Below are positions 45,801 to 56,648 of a stretch of 64,000 nt of DNA, one piece after another. The notes under the pieces are model-generated. The model saw only the letters and a list, made by a program, of their open reading frames with translations, did not search any database and had not been told where the DNA came from. The stretch lies in IMG/VR virus record IMGVR_UViG_3300020048_000023, positions 1 to 64,000 of that record. One strand, written 5' to 3'. The stretch comes from a virus. Within the stretch, counting starts at the first letter, position 1. Every line of letters starts with the position of its first letter. A program made the position numbers and the translations under genes.

Positions 45801-48800
45801 TTACGTCCTACGAATCTTCCCGTCTTGGCAATTGTATAAATCGTAGGTAATACCCTTCTTACGCAGGGCGTTTCGGACGTCCGTAATATTCTTTTCCTGA
45901 TCATCGTAGAAAGCCACGTAGCGTATGCTCGGGTTTTCTTTTAGTATCTGTAGTATGCGTTCGCCTTTGTTCTGCATCGCATAGGACGCCATATTCAGGG
46001 CGTCAGGGTTTATCCTGTTTAATCTGAGTACCCGTTTAACTTGTCGTTCCAGCGTATCCAGCCTGTTAGTCATAACCACAACCATTGTATCGGATCGGCG
46101 CTGTTCGTCGCGCATTTGGTTGAATACTGGGGCTATAGCTGTAATTTCAAAGACGTTGGTATCTAAGCTTTCAGGCACGCTCCACCAAGCTTTTTCGCTC
46201 GGGAAATCGCCACCTGTTTTTTGTTTGTATTCTTCCCTGCCGAACTCGGGCATAGGGCTATTGATAAGCGTGCTATCCATATCAAACAATACCAATCTCT
46301 TTAGCTGGCTTCTCTGTGCTTCCATAATTGCTTCTTGTAGTTGTTGTTTTGTAAACTTTGTTTTTTTCTCTTCCGCCTGTAGTTTAAACATTTGCTTTAT
46401 CTGGGCAATTTGCTTGGGATAGAAATATTGCTGCAAGGCGTATTCATCATTATTTTTTACAATATATTCGATGAATTGATCAACGCTCCATTGGCGTTTT
46501 TCGAGCTCTGATTTAAGACGATCCATATTCAGATCGTCATTTGGTTGGAATAACTTGTTGATCTTATCGTAATATTTATCACCCTTACGCACCAAATCTT
46601 TGGTATATTTTTGTAAGAAATCCTTACGGCTCATTCTAACCCATTGACCGCCCCATCTATCGTTTAGAAGTAGTGCTTCATTAACCCAAACGGCGCGTAT
46701 CATATTGGGGTTTAAGTTGCCTATGAATAACGCCTGCTTTTCAGCATTTTGGAATAATGTTTGACCAAGTTCTGGTCTTTGGCTTTGTGATATGGCTGGG
46801 TATGGACTTGCCTGATACCTACCCCTGTTTTGTATGCGTTGTGCTTCGCGTTCTTCATCATTTGAAAAACCACTGGTGTAGTCACCCTGTACAAAATAAG
46901 AGCCACCGCCAGCCCATACTGGTGCTTCAAGGTTTGAAACCTTTGTGGCGAATTCTATGATAATACCTGAGCCAGCAAATTCCTTTTTAACTATGTTAAA
47001 ATCAATACTAACGAATAATCCTTTTGGGTTATTAACATTTTCATAACTATAAATTCTACTAACATTTTCCTGACCAGACAGCCCAAACGTTATCGCTAAC
47101 TTGGCGTCAGTTGTGCTATGCCTGCTAAATCCGTGATATACTATCAGAGTTTCATCGTCGTTTATTGGCTCCATTGATTTAACATCGTAGTTTTTGTAGT
47201 TTTCGTGGCGAACTTCTAATATGGTCTTGGTTATATTTTCTACAATATTTTTGGTATAATTCTTTTTAGATTCATTCCAGTATTCGCTATCGTCATATTG
47301 TTCTGGTTTTTCACCGTACAAGAAAAATCGCTTAATAGCTTCGATTATCATATCTGTTGGTGTATCTTCCTCAAATCTAAGGTAAGTTTGTTCATCACCA
47401 TAAACGTCAATTAGGCTTTCACCTCGTTTTTGCTGAAAAAATCTACGTAGTTGGGTAAATTGGTCTTGCGTCGGCATTGAACGCATTTCTATATTACCAG
47501 ATTCTGGTATAACACGAATGAAGCCCATATCGAGAGCGATATATAACCATTTTGAGAACGAGTTCTCATAAGCCTTTCCGTTATATAACCCCCAATCTAT
47601 TGGTAAATTCTCAATAGTACCCATAATATTCCTATGGTCATTTCCACCAGCGCCGCGTATATTAATGCAATACCCACTTGGTGAAATATACCCACATTGG
47701 GTAACATTTGTTTCGCCGTATTCGGCTAATATAGCTTTCTCTACCTTGAGTATGTCGTAGTCCTTGAACTGCTGCTGTGGCGCTTCGTGGAGTTTTTGCT
47801 CGAATATCTCAGTGCGGGTAAAGTTATTAACGTGATCTTCAAACTCAAATGTTTTACGGTTTATTTCGTTTATGATCGCATCAATGTCTGCTTGCTGGTA
47901 GGTAGACGTTTCGGGAACCATTAGTTCCTTATGGTACGAATACTTATCGTTCAGCATATTGAACGCCGTCTGCATAACAAACCGTTCCATATCAGAGCCA
48001 AACGTGTCGGGTATATCAAAGAAAATCTGGTTTTTCAGTGTGAAGTTATACCATTTCTTTTCGTTGAAGTTTCGGTAGCTCATTTTGAACTCAGACATAA
48101 TAGCCACGTTAGTTAGGGTCACCTGCTGGTTATGCCAATATACATCGGCTTTACCAATTCTCTTACTTAGCTGGAAGTGGTCGTAGTTCTCTTCAGGGAA
48201 TTCGTTATACTTAGCCAGCGACGGTACACGCTGTTTAACCTGTTGTACCAGAGCTTCGAAATTACCATCCAGATTACCCTCGGCTTCATTTAACGACTCA
48301 CGGTTTTTGTAAACTGGGTCAGGAATCCTTTGGTGTATAAATTCGATACTTGGATTCTTTTGTCTGGCTAATGTTAAACCGTTTTTTATTTTAGCAAGCA
48401 TTTCACGCCTACCGTTAATATCAGTATCAAAATTATTGGGGTATAATTCACCTAACTTAAATGCGTCAGTATTGCCAGCCCTTTGAACTGGAATCAACAC
48501 ATCGGGGCTTTTATATATTAGACCGTAATCTGTTGGAAAACGCATATTCAATTTATTGTTCACCCATTGAATTATTTCATTATGAAAATATCCAGTGCCA
48601 TTTATAACATATAAATCACCAGTCTTAGCATCAATAAAACCCCTAATATTTTGTATTAAATTTCTGATTGACTTTGGGTTTTTAAATGCTTCTATAGTTT
48701 CAATATCGTCGCCGTTATTGATATAATTAACTACACCCAAAAAATCTTCACGCAATATTTTAGCCGTAAGCTCTTGTATTTTCTGTGGAGTATTAGTTAT

Positions 48801-51800
48801 TTGGTTAGGGTACCTGTTAGCCATTTTTAATTTAACCTCGCCGTCGTCATCGCGGAATTGATCAAAATATTCGATCTGTTGCTTGGCTTCCGACAGCTTC
48901 CCGTCGATCAAGTTAAAAATTAGTTGCAACGCCACCTTTTGCGCTTCTGTTACCACTGGCTGTATTTCATAGGCGTGGCGCAGGGCTTTTAAATTATCAG
49001 CATTCAATATTTTGAGCGTGCTGTACTTGTCGTCGTAATGCAGTCTATTTTCGTTTCCGAAGGCATTAATAAATGATTCGATTTTATTAATCTTTTCGAA
49101 TATATAATTTCCATCCAAAAATTGGTTATGGTATTTACCCAATTCCCGCAATATGTCGCCAGCGTTTTCAAACCTATATCTCCACTGATTACCACCAGCT
49201 CCATTCCAAGATGTATGTATTATTTTTTCGGCGTGTCTGTCTTGAAATTCGTATACGTCTGGTATATTATTGCTATTTTCTTTGAGTATTTTAACCGCAA
49301 TCTCGCGTATTTTCTGCGGGGTTGACTTGTACTTATCGAAGTTTTGCTGTATGTAGCCCATAACGGCATCACGGGTGTTTTCAAGTTTATCACCGTAGAT
49401 AAGATTCAATAAATCGGTGTTTAGCTGACCGTGCTGACCACCAGTAATACCCATAGCGTCAATTTCGCCCCCTGTAACGGCTAAATCAGCCGCTTTGCGG
49501 GGGTATTTTTCTTCTGGATGCATTGATGCGTCTTTTAGCTTATCTTGCACCACAAAGCTTCCTACGGCTTTTGGATCGATTTTATTGACTGCGTTCATTA
49601 GCCATCTTTCCTCAGCTGGCGTATTGATCTCTTTTCGGGTCAATTCAAAGGCTGTAATAATCTTTGACAGGTTGCCCCAGTTGCCGAAACGTTGAACATA
49701 AAAACTTGACGGCGATTCCTTGGAATCCTTTGTAAGTAGGAAGATAAACTCAGCAAGCGTTTTAACCTTAGGGAACTGTTCGTATGTACCCCTAAAATCG
49801 TCGCCGAAAATAGCTCTATATAGCCCAGATGAAACCAACAATTCGGCTGATTGCTTAATGTCGGTTTTGTGAACTATTTTATCAAATTCAATAACGAAAC
49901 GCTCGTCTTTGATATGTTTAATGTCTTCAGCATTTTGCCTGATCATATTCCACGTATTCGGCTCAATGGTAAACCCGAACCGTGCGGCGAACTGTACGGC
50001 ACGCAGCATCCTGAGCGGGTCTTCCGCAAAGGCTTTTGGGCTGACCATTCGTATGATCTTGTTTTTAAGGTCTTCCCGACCGTTAAACGGGTCGTATATC
50101 TGACCGTGTATATCCTTGGCAATAGCGTTGATCGTGAAGTCGCGGCGTTCCAAGTCTTGATTAAGTGTTATACTCGGGTTGGCTGTAACTTCAAATCCGC
50201 CGTACCCCTGACCTACCTTCTTTTCGGTGCGGGCTAATGCTACGTCAATATCTTCTTTATCGCCGAACGGTTTGAACTTGATTACGGCAAAGCTACCGCC
50301 GACAAATCCAGTATCATTCTTTTCGTTCTTGGCTATATTACCAAATTTCGATAATATGTTAATGACAACCTGCGCATCCAAGCCAGCTACCATAATATCC
50401 AAGTCCTTGGAAACTGTGTTTAGGAAGGTATCGCGCACGGCTCCGCCAACCTGATATACCCTACCGCCAGCTTTTTCTATTTCGGTTACGAAAGGTAATT
50501 TTGCTATGTCGGTATGTTCTATCTCTCTAAGGTTTTCATCGCCAGCCCTGTCAGTCCAGCTGTCGTATGTTGCCTGAGCGCTCCCCACGTTGTATGGGAA
50601 GGTACTTACAATTTCTTTAAGTGCTAATTTTTTCACGATATCTTCTGTTACTGAATTTCCGTTGGCAAAGATAAACCATTTTGGTTTATCATACGGAAAT
50701 CTAAAATGATAACTTCCACGGTTTGGTATATCAATGAAAAATTGCGGTGCTGGGTATTTCGCCATAAATGGGTAGTATATTCTAAGTAGAATATTTTTGA
50801 TTCGTTCCTTGTCATTACCTTCAAGACTTAGGTGAGGCCCGCCGCTCAAAAATGCATAACTAAGCCTTATATATCCGTCATTAAATGCGCGTTTATATAG
50901 TTCAGCCAGATACCCATTTGTATCTTTTTCCATTCTTTTTACGTCTATTTTGTAAAGTGGGTCAAACAGGTCAAAGTGCGACCCCACTTTTATAAACTTA
51001 TTATCTGGGGTAATCCAGCAGAAATGCCGTGTTGTTAAATCAGGACTATATTTGTACTCTAATTCTTCTTTAAGTATATTTTCATTTACTTGTTGAACCT
51101 TATTTAAAAAATTATCGAGTGCTTCGACGTATTTGCTCGATAATTGATCACGAAATTTATTTAACAGTGCGCTCACATATATTTTTTGGTGTTCTGGCGT
51201 TAAGTTATGTAAACCGTCAACGGATAAAAATAACCTTAATTTAGGGAACTTTAACATATTCATATAATATGTAAATTTTTCTGGCTCTGTTAATGTGCTG
51301 AATAAAATGCGTGGCACGTTTGTAGAATTATTTAAAAAATATGGCTTTAATGACTGCTGTAATGATGGTGATAAACTATCGTATAGTAAATCTATTAATC
51401 TTTGACTATCAATCCTAAATTTGTTATCCAGTTCTATGATAATAGATGGTTTTTCTTTATCCGAAAACATACTAAATATTTGTAGATAGAAATTATTTTG
51501 TTCAGATAAAGCGCCTCTATCAAAAAATTGTTCATTCTGTTTATCAAAAAAGTCCATAATCTTATATAAGACATTTTTTCTATTTTCAAACGGCACAGCA
51601 TTCCACCTACGCGCTAATAACCTTTGTTCTTGGTCATAAGTATTAGAACGGGTGTCCTGATTTATTATTAATTTTTCTAATATTTTTTCTTTATCTTGGT
51701 CGTTCAGCAAACTAAATAATTTATCATTTTCTAAATGTTTGCGCTCAAACCCCATAAAAAATATTATTTCGTTAGAACTCAGAAATTCCAGTTCATTTGG

Positions 51801-53366
51801 GTTTATTCTAACACCCCAAGCTTCGTGGTTCATTATCTGGTCGGCTTTGATACGAGCCATATGTGCAAAGTATTTTATAAGCTTATCATTGCCGCGTATA
51901 GTATTAAATTTAGCATCAGATAACCCGAGCCCGAGTCCTATATACTTATTTTTTAGATCGTCTGGCAAAACACTAAACTTATAATCAGATATACCGTTAT
52001 TTTGGGTATTTGGGTATATTTCTAAAAATGCTTTTTTTTCTTCGTATGATAATGCGGCGAATTCTGAATCAGGTATATCTTTTTTAAACCGTTCATAATT
52101 ATTCTTTTCGGTGTCAGTTAATGGAACGGCTTTGAATAATTCCTGTAACCCATTAAGTTTAGGTTCAAGCTTAACTATATCATCCCATTTCATTTCTTTA
52201 TCACCGTCGTTATTGGCTGAGGTAACAACGTATCCATTGTATTGAGCCTGTACAACGAATATATGGTATTTATCTTGAAAGGTTCCACCTTTCCATTTTG
52301 CCAACTCAGCATTTGTTCTCTCAATGTTTTTAACAAAGTAGAACGCAGGCTCGTTTCCAGCGTACCTGTAGCTATTGTACATATTAGACGCGTCATTTCT
52401 GGCTATACACCAACCATACGGTATTTTACCCTTATATTGGATGCAAGCTTTCGCACTATCCGCGTAGAAAACTTCGATGCCATTTTGGTTATATATTAAT
52501 TTACCTGAAATTTCGGCGTTTTCTTCTGGATCGGTATCTATGTTAGTAGCAGTAGACCTTTGACCCCTAACATAATCTACTACCTGTTCTAACTCCCTAA
52601 AATCCTTATAAGCGTCTATGTTATTACGTTGGTTAACTGGTACAGATATATGAACATTCTGTGAGTATAATTCTCTCAGGTTTTTATTTTTTATTTCTTT
52701 AAAATAAGTCACATACTGATTTACAATATTTTGATCGAAACCCTGTTTTATGTAGTTAGCTTGTTGACTTTTAAAATCTTCTTCCAGCAACTTCTTTGTT
52801 AATGATTTAACAATAGACTCACTCATAGACCCACTATATTTTACGTGACCTGTTGACGGGTATAGGGCTGATGTTGTGTAGTCGCCACCGTCCAGCTGGT
52901 CATTCCATCGGTCGCCCATAGGAATAACGGTATCCGAGGTTAAATCAATCTCGCCAAGCACTTCACCAGCATCGCCGTTGCCCATAATGGTTCCGTGCAT
53001 AGTGAAACTCTTTATTTTCTTCCAGTTAGTGATTAAATTTGAGTTCTTTGGCGAGCCGCCTTGTGGGGTTGCCAATGTGACGTGAGCCAGTTTACCTTCA
53101 AGCGGGTATCCTTCTACCTTAACGGCAATAGCTTGGTTTGATAAACCGATATGTGTTGCTACTAAAGCTACTTGCTTGCGTGATCGTGCCAGTTCCCCAT
53201 ATGGTTCAGGAAAATCTTCGGAGTACATCGGGTCGTAGGAAAATTTGATGGTCATATGATCACCATACCAAACCCAATCCTTTGGTACAAAGCTCCTTAG
53301 CTTACCGAGAGCACCTTTGGAATTTTGGTCTAAAAATATGGCAATGTAGTTGGATAGGAAGCTCAT
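45801..53366 (-). CDS. 2521-aa polyprotein: 2H phosphoesterase, CCA-adding nucleotidyltransferase, HAD phosphatase and other modules
   Basis: HMTI/HVTL; VGGAVRD..DLDI, DLERRDFTINA, EDPLRMLRAVQFAARF; LFDMDSTL...YDD. Confidence 0.85.
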   Translation of the reverse strand: MSFLSNYIAIFLDQNSKGALGKLRSFVPKDWVWYGDHMTIKFSYDPMYSEDFPEPYGELARSRKQVALVATHIGLSNQAIAVKVEGYPLEGKLAHVTLATPQGGSPKNSNLITNWKKIKSFTMHGTIMGNGDAGEVLGEIDLTSDTVIPMGDRWNDQLDGGDYTTSALYPSTGHVKYSGSMSESIVKSLTKKLLEEDFKSQQANYIKQGFDQNIVNQYVTYFKEIKNKNLRELYSQNVHISVPVNQRNNIDAYKDFRELEQVVDYVRGQRSTATNIDTDPEENAEISGKLIYNQNGIEVFYADSAKACIQYKGKIPYGWCIARNDASNMYNSYRYAGNEPAFYFVKNIERTNAELAKWKGGTFQDKYHIFVVQAQYNGYVVTSANNDGDKEMKWDDIVKLEPKLNGLQELFKAVPLTDTEKNNYERFKKDIPDSEFAALSYEEKKAFLEIYPNTQNNGISDYKFSVLPDDLKNKYIGLGLGLSDAKFNTIRGNDKLIKYFAHMARIKADQIMNHEAWGVRINPNELEFLSSNEIIFFMGFERKHLENDKLFSLLNDQDKEKILEKLIINQDTRSNTYDQEQRLLARRWNAVPFENRKNVLYKIMDFFDKQNEQFFDRGALSEQNNFYLQIFSMFSDKEKPSIIIELDNKFRIDSQRLIDLLYDSLSPSLQQSLKPYFLNNSTNVPRILFSTLTEPEKFTYYMNMLKFPKLRLFLSVDGLHNLTPEHQKIYVSALLNKFRDQLSSKYVEALDNFLNKVQQVNENILKEELEYKYSPDLTTRHFCWITPDNKFIKVGSHFDLFDPLYKIDVKRMEKDTNGYLAELYKRAFNDGYIRLSYAFLSGGPHLSLEGNDKERIKNILLRIYYPFMAKYPAPQFFIDIPNRGSYHFRFPYDKPKWFIFANGNSVTEDIVKKLALKEIVSTFPYNVGSAQATYDSWTDRAGDENLREIEHTDIAKLPFVTEIEKAGGRVYQVGGAVRDTFLNTVSKDLDIMVAGLDAQVVINILSKFGNIAKNEKNDTGFVGGSFAVIKFKPFGDKEDIDVALARTEKKVGQGYGGFEVTANPSITLNQDLERRDFTINAIAKDIHGQIYDPFNGREDLKNKIIRMVSPKAFAEDPLRMLRAVQFAARFGFTIEPNTWNMIRQNAEDIKHIKDERFVIEFDKIVHKTDIKQSAELLVSSGLYRAIFGDDFRGTYEQFPKVKTLAEFIFLLTKDSKESPSSFYVQRFGNWGNLSKIITAFELTRKEINTPAEERWLMNAVNKIDPKAVGSFVVQDKLKDASMHPEEKYPRKAADLAVTGGEIDAMGITGGQHGQLNTDLLNLIYGDKLENTRDAVMGYIQQNFDKYKSTPQKIREIAVKILKENSNNIPDVYEFQDRHAEKIIHTSWNGAGGNQWRYRFENAGDILRELGKYHNQFLDGNYIFEKINKIESFINAFGNENRLHYDDKYSTLKILNADNLKALRHAYEIQPVVTEAQKVALQLIFNLIDGKLSEAKQQIEYFDQFRDDDGEVKLKMANRYPNQITNTPQKIQELTAKILREDFLGVVNYINNGDDIETIEAFKNPKSIRNLIQNIRGFIDAKTGDLYVINGTGYFHNEIIQWVNNKLNMRFPTDYGLIYKSPDVLIPVQRAGNTDAFKLGELYPNNFDTDINGRREMLAKIKNGLTLARQKNPSIEFIHQRIPDPVYKNRESLNEAEGNLDGNFEALVQQVKQRVPSLAKYNEFPEENYDHFQLSKRIGKADVYWHNQQVTLTNVAIMSEFKMSYRNFNEKKWYNFTLKNQIFFDIPDTFGSDMERFVMQTAFNMLNDKYSYHKELMVPETSTYQQADIDAIINEINRKTFEFEDHVNNFTRTEIFEQKLHEAPQQQFKDYDILKVEKAILAEYGETNVTQCGYISPSGYCINIRGAGGNDHRNIMGTIENLPIDWGLYNGKAYENSFSKWLYIALDMGFIRVIPESGNIEMRSMPTQDQFTQLRRFFQQKRGESLIDVYGDEQTYLRFEEDTPTDMIIEAIKRFFLYGEKPEQYDDSEYWNESKKNYTKNIVENITKTILEVRHENYKNYDVKSMEPINDDETLIVYHGFSRHSTTDAKLAITFGLSGQENVSRIYSYENVNNPKGLFVSIDFNIVKKEFAGSGIIIEFATKVSNLEAPVWAGGGSYFVQGDYTSGFSNDEEREAQRIQNRGRYQASPYPAISQSQRPELGQTLFQNAEKQALFIGNLNPNMIRAVWVNEALLLNDRWGGQWVRMSRKDFLQKYTKDLVRKGDKYYDKINKLFQPNDDLNMDRLKSELEKRQWSVDQFIEYIVKNNDEYALQQYFYPKQIAQIKQMFKLQAEEKKTKFTKQQLQEAIMEAQRSQLKRLVLFDMDSTLINSPMPEFGREEYKQKTGGDFPSEKAWWSVPESLDTNVFEITAIAPVFNQMRDEQRRSDTMVVVMTNRLDTLERQVKRVLRLNRINPDALNMASYAMQNKGERILQILKENPSIRYVAFYDDQEKNITDVRNALRKKGITYDLYNCQDGKIRRT

Positions 53367-53749
53367 AAACGATTTTTTTATAAATAGTTTGCAAAGGTCG
53401 AAAAAGAGTTGTACATTTGCAAACGGATTTCTTAATATTTATTGTAAATGGTTCAAGATAAATACATACAGGACTTTACAAACTGGTGCCTTCGGGAACA
53501 CATCAGGGTTACGCCGAATAATGAGATATTCTTTATTAACGAGCGTAAGACGTTGAAACCGATGTTTAAGCTCGGTAATAATGTGTTTGTGCATATAGTA
53601 GACAACGATATTCCGCCCGAAGACGAGTCAATGTATCAGGCATTTGCTCACTCATTCCAGAGTATTATTGTAATACCCAAGGATGATATAGACGATATGA
53701 TCAAGCACATAAGCCGCAAAGATATTACTACTCACTTTAAGATCAGCTT

Positions 53750-54154
53750 ATGATAATGACCGATTTTATTCATAGGTACATCAAAGACCATAATGTAAAG
53801 GATTTTGAAAAGGACGTAACGGCTCAAAAGGGTGTAACAACCACATTTGCGCTTTCTTATTATGATACCTATGTTTTATTAGCTGCAACACAAAAAAATA
53901 TTAAGTACCTAAATGAAGATATTATTAAAGAAGTGAAGGTACACAAAAATAAGCTTTATTTCGTGATTTCATATAACAAACATTCAGACGTATTTGAATT
54001 GGAAAAAATCATATATGACGCCCCGATAGGTAAATGCATCAGGGTAATTACAGCTATAAGGCGGGCGTTAGTTGGTCAGGGTATCGGTACCATTATTGAA
54101 GACGCGAGAAAAGGAAAGACGCAGTACACCAAAATCTTTTTAACGAAATTTTAA
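53750..54154 (+). CDS. Hypothetical protein
   Basis: ORF. Confidence 0.5.
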   Translation: MIMTDFIHRYIKDHNVKDFEKDVTAQKGVTTTFALSYYDTYVLLAATQKNIKYLNEDIIKEVKVHKNKLYFVISYNKHSDVFELEKIIYDAPIGKCIRVITAIRRALVGQGIGTIIEDARKGKTQYTKIFLTKF

Positions 54155-54207
54155 TAATTGTTTGGTTTTTTCGAAAACATTGCATATATTTGCAGAAAAA
54201 TTATACG

Positions 54208-55281
54208 ATGAAATACCAAGACCTCGACCCTAAAAACATTCTCTTCCTGTCAAAATCAGGGAGCCACGCCTATGGGCTGAATACGCCGACTTCAGATGTC
54301 GATCTACGCGGTATTTTCATTGCACCTAAAAACGTGTTCTATGGGCTCAATTTGCCAGATCAGGCTTCCGACGACACCAACGACACCACTCTGTATGAAC
54401 TAAGGCGTTTTATCGACCTATTGTCCAAGCAGAACCCTAATATCGTGGAGTTGCTGGGTGTGCCAGAAGATTGTATCCAGTTTAAGCACCCGTTGTTCGA
54501 CAAAATCTTGGCTCATAAAGACAAGTTTATTACGCGTAACATTCGTAATACATTTGGTGGATATGCTATTGCCCAGATCGGGAAGTCCCGCGGATTGAAC
54601 AAAAAGATTGTTAAGCCGATGGATTTAGCTAAAAAGACCCCTATGGACTTCTGCTACGTTCCAAACCAGAAAGGTGAAACCTACAGCCTTACCGAATGGC
54701 TTGACCGCCGCAACCTGAAAGCCAAATATTGTGGCTTGGCGGCACTCTCACATATTAAGGATGGTTACGGCTTGTTCTATGACTGGTGTTCGCTCGATAG
54801 CGGTACTTCGGTTCTACGCGGTGTCTGCTTCGACGATTCAAACGAAGTTCATTTGAGCTCAATCCCGAAGGATTTTGTGATGATGACTACGATGTTCTAC
54901 AATAAGGACGCGTATTCAACGTATTGCCGAGAGTACAAGGAGTACTGGGAATGGGTTGAAAAGCGTAACCCGCACCGATATGACAAGAATATGGAAGTCG
55001 GCAAAGGGTACGACACCAAAAATATGATGCACTGTATCCGACTTCTCAGAATGGCGGAAGAAATGCTTCGTACTGGTGAGCTTAATGTAAGGCGCCCAGA
55101 CAGGGAATACCTGCTCGATATCCGTAATGGAAAATTCGAACACGCCGAACTATTGGAATACGCCGAAAACAAGATCAAATTGCTGGACGAACTCGTACCA
55201 GTATCACCACTTCCTACAGACGTGGATATCGATTTGCTTAATAATCTATTAATTGAAATACGCGATGAATTCTACGCCTGA
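54208..55281 (+). CDS. Pol-beta-superfamily nucleotidyltransferase (RlaP/YcgL-like)
   Basis: SGSHAYGL.TPTSDVD.RG; NPN..E; YDTKNMMHCIRLL. Confidence 0.85.
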   Translation: MKYQDLDPKNILFLSKSGSHAYGLNTPTSDVDLRGIFIAPKNVFYGLNLPDQASDDTNDTTLYELRRFIDLLSKQNPNIVELLGVPEDCIQFKHPLFDKILAHKDKFITRNIRNTFGGYAIAQIGKSRGLNKKIVKPMDLAKKTPMDFCYVPNQKGETYSLTEWLDRRNLKAKYCGLAALSHIKDGYGLFYDWCSLDSGTSVLRGVCFDDSNEVHLSSIPKDFVMMTTMFYNKDAYSTYCREYKEYWEWVEKRNPHRYDKNMEVGKGYDTKNMMHCIRLLRMAEEMLRTGELNVRRPDREYLLDIRNGKFEHAELLEYAENKIKLLDELVPVSPLPTDVDIDLLNNLLIEIRDEFYA

Positions 55282-55753
55282 TTTACCCGAAGATGCTATT
55301 GATCACTACCTGTATGACGCCACTAAATTACTTCTGGACGACGATAAAAAACGGACTCCCGAAGTAATTTATGGTTATACAAAAAATACCATATATACCT
55401 ACCCTAACTGGGACATAGTGAGAAACTACGACCAGTTTGTTGAGTATATAAAAAATAACCCTATGCCTAAGCTGATAAGTTTCGATCATGACCTTGCAGA
55501 TATTCACTACAAAACATTCTTAACGCCACCGACAGAGGCTGAAAAGCAAGCCGCTTGGACTGCATACCACGAACGTACTGACGAACGTGAAATGACAGGC
55601 TACGACTGCCTGAAGTGGTTGACTGAATATTGCCACGATAATACGATCATATTCCCGCAAATTCTGATTCACACGATGAACGTCGTAGGGTACAATAATA
55701 TGGTGTTCTATTACCGTGCCGCGTTGCGCAATAAGTTTATAAGAATTAACTAA
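55265..55753 (+). CDS. Cyclic-phosphate-processing receiver-domain-like protein
   Basis: LLLDDD.R.P; ISFDHDL; TGYDC.KW; HTMNVVG. Confidence 0.7.
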   Translation: MNSTPDLPEDAIDHYLYDATKLLLDDDKKRTPEVIYGYTKNTIYTYPNWDIVRNYDQFVEYIKNNPMPKLISFDHDLADIHYKTFLTPPTEAEKQAAWTAYHERTDEREMTGYDCLKWLTEYCHDNTIIFPQILIHTMNVVGYNNMVFYYRAALRNKFIRIN

Positions 55754-55916
55754 GTATGAACCCAGTTAAAGTTGAAGAAATTGAAACACTTATAAAACAA
55801 AAGCTTAATATAACTGATCCAATAGAAGAACCAATACAGCTACATATAGCTGAATTACTCGAAGAGCCTATGGACGACCCGCAAATGCCGCTCAAACGCT
55901 ATTCACTCACTGATTA

Positions 55917-56645
55917 ATGGCTGATATATTCCTAGCATCTACTCCGCCTTTTGACGCTGAGATCAATGCCGATCCTCAGCGCCAAAAGGATTATATCAAC
56001 CTTAAATCAATGTTGAGAAATTGGGACGTGGAGTTAACCGAAATGGACGCCTATTTCAGACATGCCGATACTGAGGAAGAAGCCGAAGAGTTTGAATACG
56101 CCAGCCATCGCATACCAGTAAAGAAGTCTATAGCAATAAACAACTATGCTAATATATATGCCAAATTTAAGCTATTTGACGACGTACAGGTTATTGAAAA
56201 CAATAGGGTTTTATATCTGGGTCAGATACGCAGGGTTGTGGTAGCTTTATCTTTCAAAGATATTGAGAAAGCCAGAAACATACAGCCTAGGGATATTCAA
56301 TTTGTTCACCAAACTGACACCATTTATCATATTGAGAATGAATTTATTTATATCATTTACAGCCACAGCAACACTATTAGCAAGAGCGGCTACAATAAAA
56401 GGTCACCACGCATAATAATGAAAGTTCCGCGTGTTATGCACCGTTTTTGCCCCGTATGTATAACATACGATAAACCTTTAATAGACACCGTTATAGGTAA
56501 AGCTGACAAGGTTATATGTCCTGACTGCAATCAACTGCTCAGGGATATGTTCGGCGACGACTACGTGACTAATACAATGAAATTCGATACCATTTCAGAC
56601 CTACCAGAATACGACCGTATCTGGAAAATTTCAAGCAACCTGTAA
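55917..56645 (+). CDS. Hypothetical protein with Zn-ribbon
   Basis: CPVC...CPDC. Confidence 0.5.
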   Translation: MADIFLASTPPFDAEINADPQRQKDYINLKSMLRNWDVELTEMDAYFRHADTEEEAEEFEYASHRIPVKKSIAINNYANIYAKFKLFDDVQVIENNRVLYLGQIRRVVVALSFKDIEKARNIQPRDIQFVHQTDTIYHIENEFIYIIYSHSNTISKSGYNKRSPRIIMKVPRVMHRFCPVCITYDKPLIDTVIGKADKVICPDCNQLLRDMFGDDYVTNTMKFDTISDLPEYDRIWKISSNL

Positions 56646-56648
56646 TGA

